Shown here one piece after another: positions 50,698 through 60,471 of a DNA stretch of 64,000 bases. Position 1 is the first letter of the stretch. Every line of letters starts with the position of its first letter. Below the pieces are notes generated by a model. That model saw nothing but the letters and a program-made list of their open reading frames with translations, had not been told where the DNA came from and searched no databases. Source of the stretch: Granulicella sp. (GTDB taxonomy: Bacteria; Acidobacteriota; Terriglobia; Terriglobales; Acidobacteriaceae); contig DAHWNL010000009.1 in NCBI GenBank assembly GCA_027339965.1, positions 1 through 64,000 of the forward strand, read 5' to 3'. The translations under genes were made by a program, and so were the position numbers.

Positions 50698-53069
50698 TGG
50701 CAGAGGTTACTTTTACCGTAGACGGCAAGAAGATTACCGCTCCCGCTGGCACGCTGCTGCTGGAGGCTTGCAAGGCGCACGGGATCGAGATCCCCGCCTT
50801 CTGTTACTACCCCGGGCTCTCGCTCCAGGCCGCCTGCCGCATGTGCGTGGTGCGGATCGAGAAGGTGCCGAAGCTGCAGACGGCGTGTACGACTCCCGTG
50901 GCGGAGGGCATGGTGGTGATCACCGAAAGCCCGGAGATTGCCCAGGCCCGCAAGGCCACCCTGCAACTGCTGCTCGGCAACCACCCCCTGGACTGCCCGG
51001 TGTGCGACGCCGGTGGAGAGTGCGAACTGCAGGACATGACCTTCAAATATGGGGCGGCAGAGAGCTTCTATGCCGAGCCGAAGAACCATCGCGAGGAGCA
51101 AAAGTGGTCTCCAGTGGTTTACTTCGACCGCCCCCGCTGCATTCTCTGCTACCGCTGCGTACGCATGTGCGGCGAGGGGATGGACATCTTCGCTCTGGGC
51201 GTGCAGAATCGCGGCAGCTCGTCGGTCATCGCTCCCAACGTACCTCCGCAGCTCTCGGGAGTCTCCGCCCATGGGGAGGATCTGGCTCAGCTTGACTGCG
51301 AGCAGTGCGGCATGTGCATCGACGCCTGCCCGGTGGGAGCGCTGACCTCCGGCACCTATCGGTACAAGACTCGCCCCTGGGAGATGAACCACACCGCCAC
51401 GGTGTGCACCCACTGTGGGGATGGATGCAAGACGACCCTGGGCGTCCGCCCGGTTGCGGATGGGGCGGAGATTGTGCGCGGCGACAACCGGGACAAGTCC
51501 GGCATCAACGGCGACTTCCTGTGCAACAAAGGACGTTACGCCTTCGACTTCGCCAACCATGTGGAGCGGCTGACCCAGCCGCTGGTAAGAAAGTCCGGGA
51601 AGCTGACCCCCGTCAGTTGGGAGGAGGCCCTGAGCTTCGCGGGAGCCCGGCTGCGCGACCTTCGCCAGGAACGCGGCCCTGATTCAATCGGTGTCATCGG
51701 CTCCAACCGCACCACGAACGAGGAAAATTACCTCCTGCAGAAGTTTGCCCGCACGGTCATTGGCACCAACAACATCGACCATCACCGCACTGCGGACTTC
51801 GTGACCTTGGCCAACGCCCTGGCAGGAACCGGCGCCATCGCCGGCAAGTCGCGTTTTGCCTCTCAGCGCTCGGTACAGACCGCACAAGCCATTTTGCTGG
51901 TAGGCAGCGACCCCACCCATCAGGCGCCGCTGACGGCCTGGAACATTCGCACCAACGTCCGTCTCAACAAGGCTCGCCTGTACGTTGCCAACCATGAAGC
52001 AATCAAACTTCGTCGTCAGGCCAAGGCCTTCGCGCCCATAACGCCGTTTGGCTATGCAGCGTTCATCCAGAGCCTGGGCGAAGAGAACGACTTTGCCAAA
52101 GCCGTCCGCGCGGAAGACGATCTGGTCGTTCTGGTGGGTAATGAACTGCGCGGCGGCGAGCTGGCAAGCCTGATCGCCGCCCTGCCACAGGCCCGCTTCG
52201 CTCTGCTCTCGGACTACGTCAACTCTCGCGGCGCCGCCGATATGGGAGTGCTCCCCGATGTGCTCCCAGGCTATCAGCCACTTTCCGGCTCCGCCCTGGC
52301 TGCCGAGTATAAAGCCTCTGCTACTGCCGGTCTGGACCTGCTGGGCATGTTTGACGCCGCTTCCGCGGGCAAGCTCTCCGCGCTCTATGTGGTTGGCTCC
52401 AACCCCGTCCGGCGCTACGGGATCGATCCGGCCACGCTGGCCTCGACCTTTTTGATCGTGCAGGATCTCTTCCTCACAGAGACGGCCGCACTGGCCGACG
52501 TGGTCCTGCCGGCCGCCAACCTGTATGAGAAAGTCGGCACCGTGACCAATAGCTATGGGGATCTGCAACTGGTCTCCAAGGCTGCGGACAAGTCCGGCGT
52601 TCGCTCCGACTATGAGCTCATCGTGCGTCTGGCCGGCCACATGGGCCATGACCTTCACTCGCTGGTGCCCTTCGGCCACGGTTTGCGTGCCGATTTGGGT
52701 CAGACGCGCGGCGTCTTCTCCGGAGAAGCGGACCGCCATGCAGTCTTCCTGACGGCCAACAAGCTCGAACCCAAGCTAAGCCCGTTCGATCCGTTCGCCA
52801 TTCTGGACGAGATCCAGCGGCTGGTCCCAGGCTACGACAAACTGCTGCGCATGCAGTTGCTCAGCGGCAACGATCAACACATTCCGCCCGCTTCCTCCGG
52901 CCTGAAGCAGATTGCCATTACCCGCAAGGATCTGGTTCTGCCCAGTTCAGACACCCTTTTCACCTCCGGCTCCCTCACCCGCTATTCGCCGATGCTTGAA
53001 GACGTGCAACGCCATCAGGCAAACCGCAGTGCAGGCGCGAGCGCCGGCCAGATGACGTCTGCAGACTAA
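50697..53069 (+). CDS. nuoG: NADH-quinone oxidoreductase subunit G
   Basis: FCY...ACRMC...AC (N1b), HPLDCPVCDAGGEC (N5), CILCYRCVRMC + CEQCGMCIDACPVGAL, CTHCGDGC...LCNKGR (N7). Confidence 0.96.
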   Translation: MAEVTFTVDGKKITAPAGTLLLEACKAHGIEIPAFCYYPGLSLQAACRMCVVRIEKVPKLQTACTTPVAEGMVVITESPEIAQARKATLQLLLGNHPLDCPVCDAGGECELQDMTFKYGAAESFYAEPKNHREEQKWSPVVYFDRPRCILCYRCVRMCGEGMDIFALGVQNRGSSSVIAPNVPPQLSGVSAHGEDLAQLDCEQCGMCIDACPVGALTSGTYRYKTRPWEMNHTATVCTHCGDGCKTTLGVRPVADGAEIVRGDNRDKSGINGDFLCNKGRYAFDFANHVERLTQPLVRKSGKLTPVSWEEALSFAGARLRDLRQERGPDSIGVIGSNRTTNEENYLLQKFARTVIGTNNIDHHRTADFVTLANALAGTGAIAGKSRFASQRSVQTAQAILLVGSDPTHQAPLTAWNIRTNVRLNKARLYVANHEAIKLRRQAKAFAPITPFGYAAFIQSLGEENDFAKAVRAEDDLVVLVGNELRGGELASLIAALPQARFALLSDYVNSRGAADMGVLPDVLPGYQPLSGSALAAEYKASATAGLDLLGMFDAASAGKLSALYVVGSNPVRRYGIDPATLASTFLIVQDLFLTETAALADVVLPAANLYEKVGTVTNSYGDLQLVSKAADKSGVRSDYELIVRLAGHMGHDLHSLVPFGHGLRADLGQTRGVFSGEADRHAVFLTANKLEPKLSPFDPFAILDEIQRLVPGYDKLLRMQLLSGNDQHIPPASSGLKQIAITRKDLVLPSSDTLFTSGSLTRYSPMLEDVQRHQANRSAGASAGQMTSAD

Positions 53070-53140
53070 CGCATCCGTCGTTGTTCACAAGAGCCTGCTC
53101 CCGGGATCTTGATCAAAGCCATCAGAGACCACAGGACGTC

Positions 53141-54202
53141 ATGAGTCACCTCACGAACTTCGAAGTCTTTCTTCTCTTGAGCATCCTCAAGATCGCCGTG
53201 GTACTGGTGATCACGCTGATGGGAGTAGCCTACACGGTGCTCCTGGAGCGCAAGTTCCTGGGTCACCTTCAGAACCGCTGGGGGCCCAGCCGCGTGGGCC
53301 CCTTCGGCCTTCTGCAGCCCCTGGTAGACGGTCTGAAGCTCTTTCTGAAGGAAGACATGATGCCGCTGGCGGTCGAGCGCCCACTCTTTATCCTGGCGCC
53401 CATCATCGCTCTGGGCTGCGCCCTGATCTCCATCGCCGTGGTTCCCTTCGGCCGCGCCACCATGGTTCATGGGGTCGATCTGTTCCAGATTGCCAACGTC
53501 AACATAGGCCTCTTGGTGGTTCTTGGCGTCACCAGCATCGGCGTGTACGGCATCACGCTTTCGGGATGGAGTTCCAACAACAAGTATTCGCTGTTTGGCT
53601 CGCTGCGTTCCACCGCGCAGGTGATCAGCTATGAACTGGCCCTTGGACTCTCGCTGGTAGGCGTTGTCCTGCGGGCCGGCTCGCTGTCGCTGCGCGACAT
53701 CGTCAACTCCCAGACTGCACACGGCGCTTTGTCCTGGAATATCTTTGGCGGCTTCCAGTTTGTTGCTTTCTTCATTTATCTCATGGCGGCCTACGCGGAG
53801 ACCAACCGCTCTCCCTTTGACCTGCCGGAAGCGGAGAGTGAACTGGTGGCCGGCTATCACACGGAGTACTCTTCAATGAAGTTCGCCATGTTCTTCATGG
53901 CCGAGTACGCCAATATGATCACCGTCGCCTGTGTAGCCACGCTGTTGTTCTTCGGCGGCGCCTCCAGCCCTTTTGGCCATCTCTTTGACCATATCGCCTC
54001 AGGAGCCATCGTCTCCGGACTGATCTCCATCTTCTGGTTCGTGGCCAAGGTCTTTGCTTTTCTTCTGCTTTACATCTGGGTGCGCGGCACCCTTCCCCGC
54101 TTTCGTTATGACCAGCTAATGGCATTTGGCTGGAAGTTTCTTCTGCCCGTGGCCATGGTCAACATCCTGGCTACGGCGCTAGCCTTGGCGTACCACGGTT
54201 AA
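53141..54202 (+). CDS. nuoH: NADH-quinone oxidoreductase subunit H
   Basis: ERK...GP.RVGPFGLLQP..DGLKL..KE, AETNRSPFDLPEAESELVAGY..EYS, PRFRYDQLM; start MSHLT. Confidence 0.97.
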   Translation: MSHLTNFEVFLLLSILKIAVVLVITLMGVAYTVLLERKFLGHLQNRWGPSRVGPFGLLQPLVDGLKLFLKEDMMPLAVERPLFILAPIIALGCALISIAVVPFGRATMVHGVDLFQIANVNIGLLVVLGVTSIGVYGITLSGWSSNNKYSLFGSLRSTAQVISYELALGLSLVGVVLRAGSLSLRDIVNSQTAHGALSWNIFGGFQFVAFFIYLMAAYAETNRSPFDLPEAESELVAGYHTEYSSMKFAMFFMAEYANMITVACVATLLFFGGASSPFGHLFDHIASGAIVSGLISIFWFVAKVFAFLLLYIWVRGTLPRFRYDQLMAFGWKFLLPVAMVNILATALALAYHG

Positions 54203-54298
54203 TCGGTTATGGAGATCACGGATTCCTCCTTGCGCTCCATGTGACAATCACGATACAGCAACCCGCGGCACACGAACTCTCTGGAATCGATAGCCCCG

Positions 54299-54805
54299 AT
54301 GGAACTCGTACTCTTCATCCTCTTCGGTCTATTGGCGGTAGCAGGAGCCCTGAATCTGCTCTTCCAGCGCCATCCCATCTACTCCGCGCTCTCCCTGGTA
54401 GTCGTCATGATGTCGCTGGCGGTCCTCTACTGGTCTCTGGGTGCGGAGTTTCTTGCCGCAGCCCAGGTGATCGTCTACGCGGGCGCCATCATGGTTCTCT
54501 TCATCTTCGTCGTCATGCTGCTGAACGCAGGTGAGGAAGAGGAGACGCATGGCTCGAAGATCGCATACATCGCGGGCATCCCCGGCGCAGCCGCCATCTT
54601 CTGCCTGCTCAGCTTCGTCTTCCTCTCGGAGCGCAGTCGGCTTGGCTCAACAGGGCTGGGAGGATATCTCTCCGGCGCTGTCTCCAATATCGCCGAGCTA
54701 TCCCACACTCTGTTCACCACGCTGCTGCTTCCCTTTGAAGTCACCTCCATTCTCATCCTCATCGCCATTCTGGGAGCGGTGGTGCTGGCGCGAAAGGAGC
54801 TCTAG
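54299..54805 (+). CDS. nuoJ: NADH-quinone oxidoreductase subunit J
   Basis: AQVIVYAGAIMVLFIFVVMLL, PFEVTSILIL. Confidence 0.96.
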   Translation: MELVLFILFGLLAVAGALNLLFQRHPIYSALSLVVVMMSLAVLYWSLGAEFLAAAQVIVYAGAIMVLFIFVVMLLNAGEEEETHGSKIAYIAGIPGAAAIFCLLSFVFLSERSRLGSTGLGGYLSGAVSNIAELSHTLFTTLLLPFEVTSILILIAILGAVVLARKEL

Positions 54806-54807
54806 GC

Positions 54808-54921
54808 ATGACCATTCCTTGTGGCGGCTTTGCGGTGCTCACCACGGCCTGGATGCTTTTGCTCGGCTGCAGTGCGGCCAGCGTGCTGATTGTCAAAAGC
54901 TGGGGAGAAATTGAGTCATGA
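54808..54921 (+). CDS. Candidate 37-aa single-TM small protein between nuoJ and nuoK
   Basis: [45 protein letters not shown] 8 nt upstream; stop overlaps the nuoK start (ATGA); too short to appear in the ORF track. Confidence 0.55.
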   Translation: MTIPCGGFAVLTTAWMLLLGCSAASVLIVKSWGEIES

Positions 54922-55226
54922 TCACCGTACCCATCGCCTATTACCTTATCCTGGCGGCTCTTCTCTTCTGCATCGGCATCGCCGCCTTTCTCATCAAGCG
55001 CAACGTGATCACCATCTTCATGTCCATTGAGCTGATGCTCAACGCGGTGAATCTCACCTTTGTTGCCTTTGCCCACGTTTGGCGCCAGATCTCAGGCCAG
55101 ATCTTCGTCTTCTTCGTGATGGTCGTGGCCGCTGCGGAAGCCGCAGTCGGACTGGCCATCATCATCGCGCTTTTCCGGGCGCGTCGCACCCTCAACGTCG
55201 ACGAGGTGGACATGCTTAAGAACTGA
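54918..55226 (+). CDS. nuoK: NADH-quinone oxidoreductase subunit K
   Basis: [24 protein letters not shown]. Confidence 0.97.
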   Translation: MITVPIAYYLILAALLFCIGIAAFLIKRNVITIFMSIELMLNAVNLTFVAFAHVWRQISGQIFVFFVMVVAAAEAAVGLAIIIALFRARRTLNVDEVDMLKN

Positions 55227-55294
55227 AGCCCTTCCTTCTCCCATAGCCGCATCGGTCCCAAGTTTTACGCAGCAGAAGAACATCGAATGGAACA

Positions 55295-57271
55295 ATGAAT
55301 CCTCAACTGCTCTGGCTCATTCCGATCCTTCCCTTCTCCGGCTTTCTGATCAACGGACTGGCTGGCCGCAATTTTCCACGCGCCGTGGTCTCCGCCATTG
55401 CGCTCACGGCCACGCTGCTGCCCGCACTGCTGGTTTCCAAGCTCTGGATGGTGATGACCGCCGCAGGCGGTCCTCCCGAGATCTTCCTTTCCAGCGTGCC
55501 CTGGATCGCCGTCTCCGGCTTCCATGTGAACTTTGCCTTCACGGTGGACCACCTTACCCTGGTGATGCTTGGCGTGGTCACCGGAGTCGGCTTCCTGATT
55601 CACGTTTATTCGGTCGGTTATATGGCGCACGAAGAGGGATACTGGCGCTTCTTCGCCTATCTCAACCTATTCATGTTCTTCATGCTGGTTCTGGTGCTGG
55701 CCTCCAGCTTCCTTCTGCTGTTTGTCGGCTGGGAGGGAGTTGGCCTGGCGAGCTACCTGCTCATCGGCTTTTACTTCAACAAGAACTCAGCCGCCAACGC
55801 CGGCAAGAAGGCCTTCATCGTCAACCGCATCGGCGACTTCGGCTTTCTGCTGGCCATGTTTCTTCTGGTGGCTCACTACGGAACGTTGAACTTCAGCGCC
55901 ATCTTCGCCGCGATCGCAGCTTCACCGCTGAGCGGCGGCTTTCTCACCGCCGTTGCCCTGCTGCTGGTGCTGGGAGCCGCCGGCAAGTCCGCGCAGATTC
56001 CTCTCTACGTCTGGCTGCCGGACGCCATGGAAGGTCCCACCCCGGTCTCTGCCCTGATTCACGCGGCGACCATGGTGACCGCCGGCGTCTACATGATCGC
56101 CCGCTGCCATGTGCTGTTTGACCACTCGCCTCTCGCGCTGACGGTGGTCGCCCTGATTGGAGCGCTCACGGCCCTGTTTGCGGCCACCATGGGCATGGTG
56201 CAGCATGACATCAAGCGCGTGCTGGCCTATTCCACCGTCTCGCAGCTCGGCTACATGTTTCTGGCCTGCGGCGTCGGAGCCTATTCTGCAGGCATCTTCC
56301 ATCTCATGACTCACGCCTTCTTCAAGGGCCTGCTGTTTCTCTCCGCCGGTTCAGTGATTCATGCGCTCTCCGGCGAACAGGATATGCGCTTCATGGGCGG
56401 CTTATGGAAAAAGATCCCCATCACGTTCTGGACCATGACAGCGGCCACCTTCGCTATCTCCGGCGTGTGGCCTTTCTCGGGATTCTTCTCCAAGGACGAG
56501 ATTCTCTTCCAGACCTTTCAGTCCACCAACCCGCTGGCCAAGCTGCTGTGGCTGGTGGGCCTGGTGACCGCTGGAATGACCTCCTTCTATATGTTCCGGC
56601 TCTGGTTCAAGACGTTCTTCGGCGAGTCCCGCTTCGAGCATTCCAGCTTTGCGCAAGCCGCGCACGGCGACAGCCATGCATCAGCCCATGGCAACGGCAT
56701 TCACGAGTCTCCTCTGGTGATGACTCTGCCGCTGATGGTGCTGGGAGTGCTTTCGCTCGTCGGAGGCTGGGTGGGGATTCCAGCCGCTCTGGGCGGCAAC
56801 GATGTGATCGGCCACTTCCTTGACCCGGTCTTCCGCAGTGCCGCGCCGGCGGCCGCGCAGGCTGTGACGGCTGCCTCGCACGGCCTGGAGCTCTCTCTGG
56901 CTGCCATCTCGCTGGCTACGGCCGCGCTGGGCATCTTCGTGGCATGGCTGTTCTACCACCGCAAGCCCGGAACAGGAGCCGAGCTGGCCCGCAGGTTCCA
57001 GTCCATCTACTCGCTGGTCTACCACAAGTACTGGATCGACGAGATTTATGGGAGCTTGCTGGTCGCGCCGCTGCTAGCCTTTTCCCGGCTCATCCTTGCC
57101 GGTCTGGTGGACGGAGGCGTGATTCAGGGAACGGGCGCCGGTCTGGCCGCTTCGGCACGAGGCAGCAGTTGGCTGGTTCGGCAGATGCAATCTGGAAAGA
57201 TTCGTTCTTACGCCGGCTGGCTCGCCGCCGGAGCCGCCGCCGTCATCATCCTTGCGCTGTTTCTCCGGTAA
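55295..57271 (+). CDS. nuoL: NADH-quinone oxidoreductase subunit L
   Basis: GWEGVGL, KAFIVNRIGD, GKSAQ.PL.VWLPDAMEGPTPVSALIHAATMVTAG, HAFFK. Confidence 0.97.
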   Translation: MNPQLLWLIPILPFSGFLINGLAGRNFPRAVVSAIALTATLLPALLVSKLWMVMTAAGGPPEIFLSSVPWIAVSGFHVNFAFTVDHLTLVMLGVVTGVGFLIHVYSVGYMAHEEGYWRFFAYLNLFMFFMLVLVLASSFLLLFVGWEGVGLASYLLIGFYFNKNSAANAGKKAFIVNRIGDFGFLLAMFLLVAHYGTLNFSAIFAAIAASPLSGGFLTAVALLLVLGAAGKSAQIPLYVWLPDAMEGPTPVSALIHAATMVTAGVYMIARCHVLFDHSPLALTVVALIGALTALFAATMGMVQHDIKRVLAYSTVSQLGYMFLACGVGAYSAGIFHLMTHAFFKGLLFLSAGSVIHALSGEQDMRFMGGLWKKIPITFWTMTAATFAISGVWPFSGFFSKDEILFQTFQSTNPLAKLLWLVGLVTAGMTSFYMFRLWFKTFFGESRFEHSSFAQAAHGDSHASAHGNGIHESPLVMTLPLMVLGVLSLVGGWVGIPAALGGNDVIGHFLDPVFRSAAPAAAQAVTAASHGLELSLAAISLATAALGIFVAWLFYHRKPGTGAELARRFQSIYSLVYHKYWIDEIYGSLLVAPLLAFSRLILAGLVDGGVIQGTGAGLAASARGSSWLVRQMQSGKIRSYAGWLAAGAAAVIILALFLR

Positions 57272-57328
57272 CGCTCCTTCTCCTGCGGCCCGGCGCAGGC
57301 GATACATCACGAAACTCCACAGGATCCA

Positions 57329-58984
57329 ATGAACTTCGACCCGATCATCCTGACACTCATCCTTGCCACTCCGCTGGCCGGAGCCATTCTGCTCGCCCTG
57401 ATCCCTGAGCAGGAGCGCTCCGGCAAGGGCGGGGAGTCTATCGACAGCAAACGCCATGCCGCCGGAGCGCTGGTGGTTACCCTGCTCACGCTGCTGCTCA
57501 CGCTGCATCTGCCAGCTCACTTCAACTACCACGCCACTCCACACACCTACCAGTTCGAGCAGAACCTGCCCTGGATCAGCAACCCGGCCATTCGCTACCA
57601 CCTGGGCGTGGACGGCCTGAGCATGTGGCTGATCGTGCTGGCCGGCTTCCTTGCACCCATTGGCGCGCTCGCCTCCTGGAACGCGGTCCAAAGACGAACC
57701 CGGCTCTTCTATTCCCTCTTCCTGCTGCAGCAGGTGGCCATGCTGGGCATCTTCATGGCCCTCGACCTGTTCCTTTACTACGGCTTTTGGGAGCTGTCGC
57801 TGGTTCCAATGGCGCTGCTCATCGCCACATTCGGCCGTACCGAAAACCGTCGCCGGGCTGCCATCAAGTTCTTTCTCTATGCCTTCATCCCTTCGGCCAT
57901 TCTTCTGGTGGCCATCCTGTGGCTCTACAACCTGACCGGAACCTTTGACCTGCCTGCACTGCAGACTCTGGCCAGCGCGCACCATATTGCCGCCTCACCC
58001 ACGGCCCTCCTGCTCTGCTCCAGCGCCTTTCTGGTCGCCTTTGCGGTTAAGGTTCCCGTCTTCCCTCTGCATGGCTGGCTGCAAGACGCTGTCACGGAGG
58101 CTCCTACTGCCGCAGTCATGGTGCTGGCGGGTAAACTCGGCCTCTACTCCATCCTGCGCTTCAGCTTCGGCATCTTCGCTGATCAATCCCGCCATATGGC
58201 GCCGCTGCTGATCGCGCTGGGCGCAGCCGGCATTGTCTACGGGTCGCTGATCGCCCTGATCCGAACTGACCTGAAGAAGCTGGCAGCCTTCTCCACGCTG
58301 GCGCACGTCTCCTTTGTGATTCTGGGCATCTTCACCTTCACCGTGCTGGGCATGGACGGGGGCATCTTCCAGATCCTCAACGAGAGCCTGATTGGAGCGG
58401 CCTTCTTTCTGCTTCTGGGGCTGCTCTACGAGCGTTACGGAACCTACGAGATGCGAGATTACGGCGGATTGGCGAGCCGCCATCCCTGGATGGCGACGAT
58501 GTTCGTCATCACTTCCCTGGCCGCCGTGGGACTGCCGATGCTCAATGGATTCGTGGGCGAGTTCCTCATCCTCTCTGGCACGATGCAATCGATCGTGGTC
58601 CACCACGTACTCTGGACCACCCTTGGCGCCACCGGCGTCATCTTCGGCGCGGGGTACATGCTATGGATGATTCAACGCGTCTTCTATGGATCGCCCGGGG
58701 TTCGGACGCAAGAGGTTCAAGGTTGGGATCTGTGCGGCCGCGAGCATCTTGAGCTCTGGCCTTTCGCCGCTCTCTTCCTCATCATGGGCATCGCCTCTCC
58801 GCTGTGGATGCGGGCGATTGACACCTACGGTGCCCCCACCGCTATCGAAATTGCGCCATCCGGCGCTCCACCGAGCGCCTGGATCACCGAGCAGGTTCAC
58901 TCCACACCAGCCGTGGCGGATAGCGCCCTGGCCGGGAACAGCCACATCCCTCATCTGACCGACGCCCGCCCGGAGGTCCGCTAA
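57329..58984 (+). CDS. nuoM: NADH-quinone oxidoreductase subunit M
   Basis: LGVDGLS, FWEL.LVP, VKVPVFPLHGWL, YERY, GLP.LNGFVGEF. Confidence 0.96.
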   Translation: MNFDPIILTLILATPLAGAILLALIPEQERSGKGGESIDSKRHAAGALVVTLLTLLLTLHLPAHFNYHATPHTYQFEQNLPWISNPAIRYHLGVDGLSMWLIVLAGFLAPIGALASWNAVQRRTRLFYSLFLLQQVAMLGIFMALDLFLYYGFWELSLVPMALLIATFGRTENRRRAAIKFFLYAFIPSAILLVAILWLYNLTGTFDLPALQTLASAHHIAASPTALLLCSSAFLVAFAVKVPVFPLHGWLQDAVTEAPTAAVMVLAGKLGLYSILRFSFGIFADQSRHMAPLLIALGAAGIVYGSLIALIRTDLKKLAAFSTLAHVSFVILGIFTFTVLGMDGGIFQILNESLIGAAFFLLLGLLYERYGTYEMRDYGGLASRHPWMATMFVITSLAAVGLPMLNGFVGEFLILSGTMQSIVVHHVLWTTLGATGVIFGAGYMLWMIQRVFYGSPGVRTQEVQGWDLCGREHLELWPFAALFLIMGIASPLWMRAIDTYGAPTAIEIAPSGAPPSAWITEQVHSTPAVADSALAGNSHIPHLTDARPEVR

Positions 58985-60471
58985 TGTCCACCAACCTCCT
59001 CGCCCTTCTGCCTGAGCTGATCCTTACCCTCACGGCCATCCTGGTGATGCTGCTGGAGCCCTTGCTGGCTGCGGGTGCCTCGCGCAAGCATCTAGGCTGG
59101 CTCGCCATACTGGCGTCGCTTGGCTCTGGAGTTGCCGCACTTTACCAACTTCGCGTCGTCCATGCCCTGGGAACCCTTACCGGCTTCTATGGAACCATTC
59201 AGGTGGATGCATTCTCCATCTTCTTCCACCTGCTCATCGCATGCATCGTTGTCACCACGCTGCTGGCCTCGCTGGATTACTTCCCGCCAGATCAGATCAG
59301 TCATGCAGGCGAGTATTTTGCCCTGGTTCTGTTCGGAGCCACGGGCATGATGTTCATGACCAGTTCCGTGGAACTGCTCATGGTCTTCATCGGGCTGGAG
59401 ATCTCCTCGATCTCCACCTACATCTTGGCGGGCTTCCGCAAGGGCCGCGCCACAGCCTCCGAGTCGGCCATCAAGTACTTCCTCCTGGGCAGCTTTGCGA
59501 CAGCTTTCTTCCTGTACGGCATCGCTCTCTGCTTCGGCGCTACCGGATCGACGACGATCGCCGGGATTGGCGCGGGCCTGGCCGCCACCAAGACGCCGCT
59601 CTTCGGCTGGCTTGCGGTCGGCATGGTGCTGATCGGCCTGGGCTTCAAAGTGTCCGCAGCGCCCTTTCACGTCTGGACACCGGACGTCTACCAGGGAGCA
59701 CCAGCTCCGGTAGTTGGTCTGATGTCCACAGCGCCCAAAGCTGCGGCCTTTGCCGTACTTCTGCGTTTTCTGTTTGAGGCCGCGCCAACAGATCGGCATC
59801 ACTGGGCGCCTCTGATCGCCATCATGGCCGTCGCGTCGATGACCATCGGGAACCTGGGCGCTCTGTTGCAATCCGACGCCAAGCGCCTGCTGGCCTACTC
59901 TTCGATCGCCCACGCCGGCTATCTGCTGGTGGCTTTCACGGCTCCGGAGCCTCTGGCAGTCTCCACAGCCTGCTTCTACACCGCTGCCTATGCGGCCATG
60001 AACGTCGGGGCCTTCGTGGTGCTGACCCAACTCTCTGGATTCAGCGAGCGGCTGCGCACCGTCGACGACCTTACCGGCCTGGCTCTGCGCCGGCCGGCGC
60101 TTGCGGCGTTCCTGGCCTTTTTCCTGCTTTCCCTGATTGGAATTCCCTTCACCGGCGGTTTCTTCGGCAAGTTTTACGTCTTCTCCGCCGCCGTACACAG
60201 CGGATACACTTGGCTGGCCATGGTCGGTCTAGCCAACTCCGGGCTGGCCTGCTTCTACTACCTGCGTCTGCTGACCGCTCTATATGCCAGACCCACCACG
60301 GACACCATCGGCGATGCTCCTACACCGCATTGCCTCTCCATCCCGGCGGGCCTGGCCTTGATCGCCACAGCCGCAGCCACACTCTTGCTGGGCATCCTGC
60401 CCAATCGCATCTTAAGCCTGACGCAACGAGCTGCTCCATCAACTGTGGCCAAATGCATCATGCAAAAATAG
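58984..60471 (+). CDS. nuoN: NADH-quinone oxidoreductase subunit N
   Basis: ESAIKYFLLG, FKVSAAPFHVWTPDVYQGAP, KRLLAYSSIAHAGY, SLIGIP..GGF.GK. Confidence 0.96.
   Translation: MSTNLLALLPELILTLTAILVMLLEPLLAAGASRKHLGWLAILASLGSGVAALYQLRVVHALGTLTGFYGTIQVDAFSIFFHLLIACIVVTTLLASLDYFPPDQISHAGEYFALVLFGATGMMFMTSSVELLMVFIGLEISSISTYILAGFRKGRATASESAIKYFLLGSFATAFFLYGIALCFGATGSTTIAGIGAGLAATKTPLFGWLAVGMVLIGLGFKVSAAPFHVWTPDVYQGAPAPVVGLMSTAPKAAAFAVLLRFLFEAAPTDRHHWAPLIAIMAVASMTIGNLGALLQSDAKRLLAYSSIAHAGYLLVAFTAPEPLAVSTACFYTAAYAAMNVGAFVVLTQLSGFSERLRTVDDLTGLALRRPALAAFLAFFLLSLIGIPFTGGFFGKFYVFSAAVHSGYTWLAMVGLANSGLACFYYLRLLTALYARPTTDTIGDAPTPHCLSIPAGLALIATAAATLLLGILPNRILSLTQRAAPSTVAKCIMQK

Noticed and set aside
54240..54253. 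TGTGA-CAA-TCACG between nuoH and nuoJ as a CRP/Rex site
   Set aside because: Half-site spacing is 3 bp, not 6.
39339..60198. Long minus-strand ORFs opposite GH89, HGSNAT and nuo genes (e.g. 39339-40715, 46544-47992, 50508-51560, 59092-60198)
   Set aside because: Antisense shadow ORFs fully overlapping well-supported genes.
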